A stretch of 12,120 nucleotides of DNA from Candidatus Krumholzibacteriota bacterium (GTDB taxonomy: Bacteria; Krumholzibacteriota; Krumholzibacteriia; JAJRXK01). Positions 6,560 through 12,120 of this stretch are shown here, piece after piece. Below the pieces are notes generated by a model. It was not told the DNA's origin. It saw only the letters and a program-made list of their open reading frames with translations, and made no database searches. The stretch covers positions 1 through 12,120 of the forward strand of contig CAWDWO010000027.1 of NCBI GenBank assembly GCA_963806035.1, given 5' to 3'. Both the position numbers and the translations under genes were made by a program. Within the stretch, counting starts at the first letter, position 1, and each line of letters opens with the position of its first letter.

Positions 6560-8365
6560 ATGGAGATCCGCAACGTCGCCATCATCGCTCACGTCGACCA
6601 CGGGAAGACCACCCTGGTCGACCAAATTCTGCGCCAGTGCCACGTGTTTCGCGAAGGGCAGAAGGTGCAGGAACGAATCATGGATTCGAACGAACTCGAG
6701 CGCGAGCGCGGCATCACCATCACCGCCAAGAATCTGGCGGTTACCTACCATGATGTCCGCATCAATCTCATCGACACTCCTGGCCATGCGGATTTCGGGG
6801 GTGAGGTCGAACGGGTCCTCAAGATGACCGACGGTGTCCTGCTCTTGGTGGACGCCTTCGAAGGCCCCATGCCGCAGACTCGCTTCGTGCTCCAGAAGGC
6901 CCTGCAATTGGGTTTGAAGCCGCTGGTCGTCATCAACAAGGTCGATAGGAGTGACGCGCGCCCTCACGAAGTTCTCGACGAAGTCTTCAAACTCTTCTGT
7001 GAATTGGACGCCAGTGACGAACAACTCGATTTTCGGGGCGTCTACGCCGCGGGCCGCGATGGCTGGGCCGTCGAGGAACTGGAGAATGAACCCCGGGACC
7101 TCTCTCCACTGCTCGACATGATCGTCCGCGAGATTCCGCCACCCAAAGTGAAGCAGGGTCCTCTGCAGATGCTGATTGCCGCGATGGACCACAGTGACTT
7201 CGTTGGCAGAATCGGAATCGGGCGCATCGTGCGAGGAAAGATCCGCTCCTCGGACCGCGTGGCACTCCTCAAGCGTGACGGCAGCGTGACCAAGACGGCG
7301 GTGAAGCAGCTCTTCGTTTTTGACAACCTGGGTCGTAGACAGGTGGATGAGGTCCTCTGTGGTGACATTTGCGCGGTAGTCGGTCTCGAGGGAGTGGACA
7401 TCGGTGACACCCTGGCCGATATCGAGAATCCTGAAGCCCTAGCTCTGATCGCCGTCGACGAACCCACCCTGCGCATGCGTTTCATGACCAACGACGGGCC
7501 CTTCTACGGAAGAGATGGCAAGTACGTAAATAGCCGGCAGCTCCGTGAGCGTCTGTACCGGGAAATCGAGCGGGACGTGGCTCTCTCGGTAGCGGACCTC
7601 ACCGATGCCTTCGAAGTGAACGGCCGGGGGATTCTGCACCTCTCCATCCTCATGGAGACGATGCGGCGCGAGGGCTACGAGTTCATGGTCGGCCAGCCAC
7701 AGGTGATCTACAAGGAACTGGACGGACGTAAGCTGGAGCCCATCGAAGTCCTCTCCGTGGACATCCCCAGCGAATACGCCGGCACCGTCATCGAATACGC
7801 GGCCACGCGCAAGGGGGAGATGGTGTCGATGGATCAGAGTGAAGGCCGTAGCCGCCTCGAGTTTCACATCCCCAGCCGGGGGCTCATCGGATTTCGCAGT
7901 CGCATGCTGCAGGCCACCGGTGGTGAGATCGTGATGCACCATCGCTTCTATGAATACGAGTACTTCAAGGGGAGCATTCCGCAGAGACAAAACGGCAGCA
8001 TCGTCAGCATGGCGCAGGGTCCCGCCGTGGCATTTGCCCTCGATGCTCTACAGGACCGTGGCAGGTTCTTCATCGAGCCGGGCGACGAACTCTACGCTGG
8101 CCAGGTCATTGGAGCGCATAGCAAGGAGGGGGACCTGGTGGTAAACGCTCAAAAGGCCAAACAACTCACGAACCTCAGGGCCGCTGCCGCGGATCGAAAG
8201 CTCAAGCTGGCTCCCGCGCTGAAGATGAGCCTCGAAGAGGCCCTCGAATACATCAACGACGACGAGTACCTCGAGGTGACGCCAAACCATCTGCGGCTTC
8301 GCAAAGCGCTGTTGAGCGAAAACGAACGCAAGAAGGCCATGAAGGCGCGGCCCCACGTCACATGA
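6560..8365 (+). CDS. typA: Translational GTPase TypA/BipA
   Basis: [78 protein letters not shown] and [14 protein letters not shown]; 601 aa. Confidence 0.98.
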   Translation: MEIRNVAIIAHVDHGKTTLVDQILRQCHVFREGQKVQERIMDSNELERERGITITAKNLAVTYHDVRINLIDTPGHADFGGEVERVLKMTDGVLLLVDAFEGPMPQTRFVLQKALQLGLKPLVVINKVDRSDARPHEVLDEVFKLFCELDASDEQLDFRGVYAAGRDGWAVEELENEPRDLSPLLDMIVREIPPPKVKQGPLQMLIAAMDHSDFVGRIGIGRIVRGKIRSSDRVALLKRDGSVTKTAVKQLFVFDNLGRRQVDEVLCGDICAVVGLEGVDIGDTLADIENPEALALIAVDEPTLRMRFMTNDGPFYGRDGKYVNSRQLRERLYREIERDVALSVADLTDAFEVNGRGILHLSILMETMRREGYEFMVGQPQVIYKELDGRKLEPIEVLSVDIPSEYAGTVIEYAATRKGEMVSMDQSEGRSRLEFHIPSRGLIGFRSRMLQATGGEIVMHHRFYEYEYFKGSIPQRQNGSIVSMAQGPAVAFALDALQDRGRFFIEPGDELYAGQVIGAHSKEGDLVVNAQKAKQLTNLRAAAADRKLKLAPALKMSLEEALEYINDDEYLEVTPNHLRLRKALLSENERKKAMKARPHVT

Positions 8366-9419
8366 AGCGCTTGAAGAACCCCAGGATTCCCTGATTCCAG
8401 CCCACGCGATGAGTCACTCCGGGACGCGTGTGCGCGAGCTCATCCTTGTGCTCGAGATACCACTTGTGTGAAGTGATGAGCGCCTCGGAGTTGGAATACT
8501 TCGGTTCCCAGCCGAGCTTCTTTTCGATCTTCTCGGTGGAAACGTAGCTGTCCTTGTCGGCGGTTCCGTACACCCACTTGTACAAAGGCGAGACGTGAAT
8601 GAGCTCGAAGAAGGCCAGGGCCGGCTTCACCAGAGAGGCGGGGACCGGTCTCACTTTGGCTCCGTTCCCCGCGAAATCACACAGGTCGCCCACGTCCTGT
8701 CTCACCTGTTTGAAGCGGGTCGCACCCACGTTGAAGGTGTCGTTCGCCGTTTCGTGAGGAGAGCTGATCGCCAATGCAATGGCGGTGGTGAGGTCGGTGA
8801 CCTCCAGGAGCTGGTAGCGATTGAAGCCCTTGCCGATGATGGGGATGTGTTTTCCGGAGTCAACCCAGTCGTAGAGGATCTGGAATACGCCCAGGCGCGC
8901 GGTCCCGATGAAGGTCTTGGGACGAATGATGGCGATGCTCATTCCGCGCTGACGAAATTCCTCGCAGATCTGCTCGCCCAAGATCTTCGTTTCGCCGTAG
9001 GCGCCGACTCCATCGACCGGATCGCTCTCCACCAGGGGGTGCTTTTCCGGCACGCCGTAAACGGCGGTGGAGGAGATGAACACGAAGCGTTCCACCCCGC
9101 ATTCCTCCGCAACCTCCAGGGTATTGCGCAGACCGCCCACGTTCGTGGAGTAGATCTCCTCCCTTTTCCACAGCGGGAGCGCCGCCGCGGTATGCACGAT
9201 CACGTTGATCTTCTCGTCCCGGATGAGCCGGCGCATGGCCTCCTTGTCACGCACGTCGGCGTTCACCAACGCGGCGCCATCCGGATATTCATCTGCGAAG
9301 AAGGGGGCGATGTCGTTGAAGGCCATGTGGGCCACACCGAAGGCGGGAAACTCCTGTGCGAGGTGATAGCCCAGAAAGCCCGCGCCACCAGTGACGAGAA
9401 TTCGCTTGTCATTCAACAT
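8358..9419 (-). CDS. NAD-dependent epimerase/dehydratase (extended SDR family)
   Basis: Rossmann motif LVTGGAGFLG, HTAA, FISSTAVYG, catalytic YxxxK (YGETK) and IIRP. Confidence 0.92.
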   Translation of the reverse strand: MLNDKRILVTGGAGFLGYHLAQEFPAFGVAHMAFNDIAPFFADEYPDGAALVNADVRDKEAMRRLIRDEKINVIVHTAAALPLWKREEIYSTNVGGLRNTLEVAEECGVERFVFISSTAVYGVPEKHPLVESDPVDGVGAYGETKILGEQICEEFRQRGMSIAIIRPKTFIGTARLGVFQILYDWVDSGKHIPIIGKGFNRYQLLEVTDLTTAIALAISSPHETANDTFNVGATRFKQVRQDVGDLCDFAGNGAKVRPVPASLVKPALAFFELIHVSPLYKWVYGTADKDSYVSTEKIEKKLGWEPKYSNSEALITSHKWYLEHKDELAHTRPGVTHRVGWNQGILGFFKRFM

Positions 9420-9552
9420 GAAAGAGCCTTGCCCGCGCGGGGGTTATGGTACCGAGTTTGAGCACCGCATATATAATACTTGAAGCGGCGCGAAGCCACC
9501 TGAATGGCAATTGAGCCCAACTTGACCATCGAGGCGAGGCGGCCGGTCGACG

Positions 9553-11250
9553 CTATTGGTCAGGCGACGAGGAATTGGGCCTCGAGAGCGGCAGATGCAC
9601 GCAGAAGGTCGTGCCACGCCCCGGTTGAGAGCGCACGGAAACTCCTCCTCCCAATCGCGTGGCAATGTGTTTGACGATGCTCAGGCCGAGCCCGGTCCCC
9701 CCAAGCTCGCGTGAGCGCGCGGTGTCGACGCGGTAGAAGCGTTCGAAAATTCGCCCCAGATGTTCCTCGGCGATGCCAATTCCACTGTCCTCCACTTCCG
9801 CCCAAGCCACTCCCCGCTCCTCCTTGAGCCGCATCGTGATATGGCCACCCTCCGGAGTGTAGCGTAGCGCGTTGCTCAGGAGATTGTCGAAGACCTGCCG
9901 CAGGGCCTCGCCGTCTCCGTCCACCCACACCGGCTGCTGAGGCAAGTCCTTGAGGAGCGTGAGTTCCTTCTCCCGCGCCAACATCTCGAAACGCTCGTAG
10001 GCGTCGAGTATGGGCTGCCTCAGATCCAGCTCTTCCTTGTCGAGCGGCAGATCCTCGCTCTCGAAGCGAGAGAGCGCAATGAGATCGCGCACCAGATTTC
10101 CCAAGCGCTGTGACTGTTTGAACATGCGCAAGAGGAAGTGCTCCTGCATTTCGCTCGACATCTCGGGATCGTCGATCATGGTCTCGATGATTCCGTGAAT
10201 GGCCGAAAGCGGCGTCTTGATCTCGTGCGAAACGTTGGCCACGAAGTCCTGACGCACGGACTCAAGATGGCGCAAACGCGTCAAATCGTGGAAAACCAGG
10301 ACCACGCCACCCACTTCCCCCTCGGGCTCCTCGAGCGGAGCCGCCCGCAGCTCGACGACGCGCCTCCCGCTCCCCGTCTGAGCGTCCGCATGCAGAATGA
10401 TCTCGCTTTCGGTGAGCTCGGTCTGCGCGGAATCGAGCGCGTCGAGAATCTCCGAGTTGCGTAGCACCTTCCATACTGGAACGCCGATGCACTGTTCCGG
10501 CTGAAGTTCGAAGAGAGCACCGGCCGCCGCATTCATGTGCACGACGTGCTGGTGCTTGTCCACCGCCACCACGCCATCGCTCATGCTCGCCAGGATGGTG
10601 GCCAGACGCTCCCGGTTACCGGCCGCTTCGGACTCGGCCGCTCGCGTGCGTGCGGAGAGCGGGCGCAGGGCGCCGCGCATCAGATACAGGCCGAGAAGCA
10701 AGCTGAGTCCACCCAGGACGAGCGCGCCAGCCAGGATGATCCTGCGCGTGGCCCGAAACTCCCGAGAGACTGTCTCCAGCGGCATGGCGGTTCGCACGAA
10801 TCCGCAAGCTTGATCTCCACAGCGGAGTTGAAGGGCGCAGTAGAGCATCTCCCGCCCCTGAACGGGACTGACGCGGCGCGCGAAACCGATTCCCTCGCTG
10901 AGAGCTTCGACGATCTCTGGACGCTGCAGGAGATTCTCGGCCTGAGCGGGATCCAGAGCCGAGTCGGCCACCACCGCGCCATTCTGTTCTATGACGGTGA
11001 CTCTCAAGTCCCTGAAGCTCTCCGATCCCGCCAGTATCCCGGCGAGATCTCGCGGAGACTGTTCCCCCTGCAGTCCACTGAGCGCCAGCCGCGCGAAGAT
11101 ACCGGCCTCATCGCGCAACTGATCCTTCGTGCGCTCCAGTGACTCGCGCTGGAGGTTGCCGGTGATCGCAACTCCCACCGTAATGCTGATGAGGAGCACG
11201 AGCAAAATATAGGCGATGGAAAAGCGCTTCAGCTGGGATTGAGGAGTCAT
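9553..11250 (-). CDS. PhoR-like sensor histidine kinase (2 TM, extracytoplasmic domain, PAS, HisKA, HATPase_c)
   Basis: H-box FVANVSHEIKTPL, N-box QVFDNLLSNALRY, G1 DSGIGI, F-box IFERFYRVD, G2 GGTGLGLSIVKH and PAS start 'ILASMSDGVVAVD'. ATGA overlap with the upstream regulator at 11250-11247. Confidence 0.93.
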   Translation of the reverse strand: MTPQSQLKRFSIAYILLVLLISITVGVAITGNLQRESLERTKDQLRDEAGIFARLALSGLQGEQSPRDLAGILAGSESFRDLRVTVIEQNGAVVADSALDPAQAENLLQRPEIVEALSEGIGFARRVSPVQGREMLYCALQLRCGDQACGFVRTAMPLETVSREFRATRRIILAGALVLGGLSLLLGLYLMRGALRPLSARTRAAESEAAGNRERLATILASMSDGVVAVDKHQHVVHMNAAAGALFELQPEQCIGVPVWKVLRNSEILDALDSAQTELTESEIILHADAQTGSGRRVVELRAAPLEEPEGEVGGVVLVFHDLTRLRHLESVRQDFVANVSHEIKTPLSAIHGIIETMIDDPEMSSEMQEHFLLRMFKQSQRLGNLVRDLIALSRFESEDLPLDKEELDLRQPILDAYERFEMLAREKELTLLKDLPQQPVWVDGDGEALRQVFDNLLSNALRYTPEGGHITMRLKEERGVAWAEVEDSGIGIAEEHLGRIFERFYRVDTARSRELGGTGLGLSIVKHIATRLGGGVSVRSQPGRGTTFCVHLPLSRPNSSSPDQ

Positions 11251-11960
11251 TCCTCCTCCGCGTCCTCCCGGAACCGGTAACCGATTCCCCGGATGGTCTC
11301 GACGAGTTCTCTTGCTTCACCGAGTTTCTTGCGGACAGAGCGAATGTGAACGTCGACGTTTCTCTCCGTGACCACCACCTCGTCCCCCAACACGCGGGTG
11401 ATGAGCTGGTCGCGGGTAAAGACTCGCCCCGGCCTGGAAGCCAAGACGCTGATCAGGCGGAATTCGGTGGGGGTCAAATCGACTTTCTTTCCGTCGACCC
11501 GCAGTTCATGTCGCGGAGGGTCGATGACGATCCGGTCTCTCACGATGCGCTCGTCCGCTTTCGATTCGTGCCGAACTTTGGCGCGGCGGAGCACCGCCTT
11601 GATGCGCGCCACCAGCTCGCGCGGGCTGAAGGGTTTGACGATGTAATCGTCAGCGCCCACTCCCAAACCCAGGACGACGTCACTCTCGTCGCCGCGGGCG
11701 GTCACCATGATCACGGGAATGGAGCGCGTCTGGGGGTCGTACTTGATCGATCGGCAGATCTCCACGCCGTCCATCCCCGGCAGCATGATGTCCAGCAGCA
11801 CGATCTTGGGCAGATGTTTGCGCAAGAGCGCCAACCCGGCCTCTCCGTCCTCGGATTCGAGGACCTTGAAGCCCTCGCGCTCGAGATTGTAACGCAGGAT
11901 TTCGCGCAGATCGGGTTCGTCTTCCACGATCAAAACCGTGGTCGTCTCTCGGTCCGGCAT
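11247..11960 (-). CDS. OmpR/PhoB-family response regulator (PhoB/PhoP-like)
   Basis: Receiver domain VEDE...LLDIMLPGMDG...VTAR...GADDYIVKPFS and winged helix LTPTEFRL...VFTRDQL...RNVDVHIRSVRKKL...IETIRGIGY-like end. Start is ATG 11960 or GTG 11966, with GGAG at 11975-11972. Confidence 0.95.
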   Translation of the reverse strand: MPDRETTTVLIVEDEPDLREILRYNLEREGFKVLESEDGEAGLALLRKHLPKIVLLDIMLPGMDGVEICRSIKYDPQTRSIPVIMVTARGDESDVVLGLGVGADDYIVKPFSPRELVARIKAVLRRAKVRHESKADERIVRDRIVIDPPRHELRVDGKKVDLTPTEFRLISVLASRPGRVFTRDQLITRVLGDEVVVTERNVDVHIRSVRKKLGEARELVETIRGIGYRFREDAEEE

Positions 11961-11976
11961 TTTCACGCACACTCCG

Positions 11977-12004
11977 AAAGAAGGCCAAAGAAGGCCAAAG
12001 AAGG
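11977..12004. repeat. 10-bp tandem repeat AAAGAAGGCC x2.8 in the 5' UTR of the response regulator
   Basis: AAAGAAGGCC AAAGAAGGCC AAAGAAGG, perfect copies, next to the Shine-Dalgarno. Confidence 0.8.
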
Positions 12005-12023
12005 TAAGTTCCGCTTGGACTGT

Positions 12024-12071
12024 AGAATAGCCGCCCGCCAGTTTCAATGAATGAAGATTTGATGAGGATTT
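12024..12071 (-). promoter_or_regulatory. Candidate promoter with an OmpR/PhoB-type 11-bp direct repeat (Pho-box-like)
   Basis: Minus strand AAATCCTCATC/AAATCTTCATT (12071-12050, 9/11 identical; 7-4-7 TCCTCAT-caaa-TCTTCAT) upstream of -10-like TATTCT (12029-12024). Confidence 0.55.
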
Positions 12072-12120
12072 CAGCCGAGGTCATTTCCGGCGGGCTCGGG
12101 GGCATCCGTCCCGTGCACGC

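Noticed and set aside
9465..9485. AT-rich patch with TATAAT (+, 9472-9477) and TATTAT (-) upstream of the SDR gene
   Set aside because: Probably part of a promoter, but there is no correctly spaced -35 on either strand, so it cannot be assigned.
4176..12050. Long antisense or alternative-frame ORFs (4176..4877, 4902..6053, 6407..7192, 7439..7990, 8595..9461, 10537..11142, 11346..12050 and others)
   Set aside because: Shadow ORFs of well-supported genes, expected from GC-rich codon bias, with no recognisable motifs.

Overview
GC-rich bacterial chromosomal window, probably from an FCB-group candidate lineage such as Krumholzibacteriota, Latescibacterota or Eisenbacteria. This is inferred from a PNPFNP/FlgD-Ig sorting domain and a C-terminal 'WGxxKxxF' tail on two secreted proteins. 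The right part is ordinary: typA/bipA, an extended SDR epimerase/dehydratase and a PhoB/PhoR-like two-component pair. The left 4 kb is accessory. It holds an ICMT-family methyltransferase, a 4x17-bp tandem repeat and an SRPBCC protein. Next is a roughly 770-bp non-coding stretch with a near-consensus sigma70 promoter, a hairpin-rich leader and a regularly interspaced array of six 19-bp repeats (period 37-39 bp, different 18-20-bp spacers) with no cas gene in the window. Downstream are a frameshifted lipoprotein with a glycine-zipper-like tail and a small 3-TM protein, resembling a toxin/immunity pair. The array locus is the most interesting unexplained structure. No database searches or folding programs were run.
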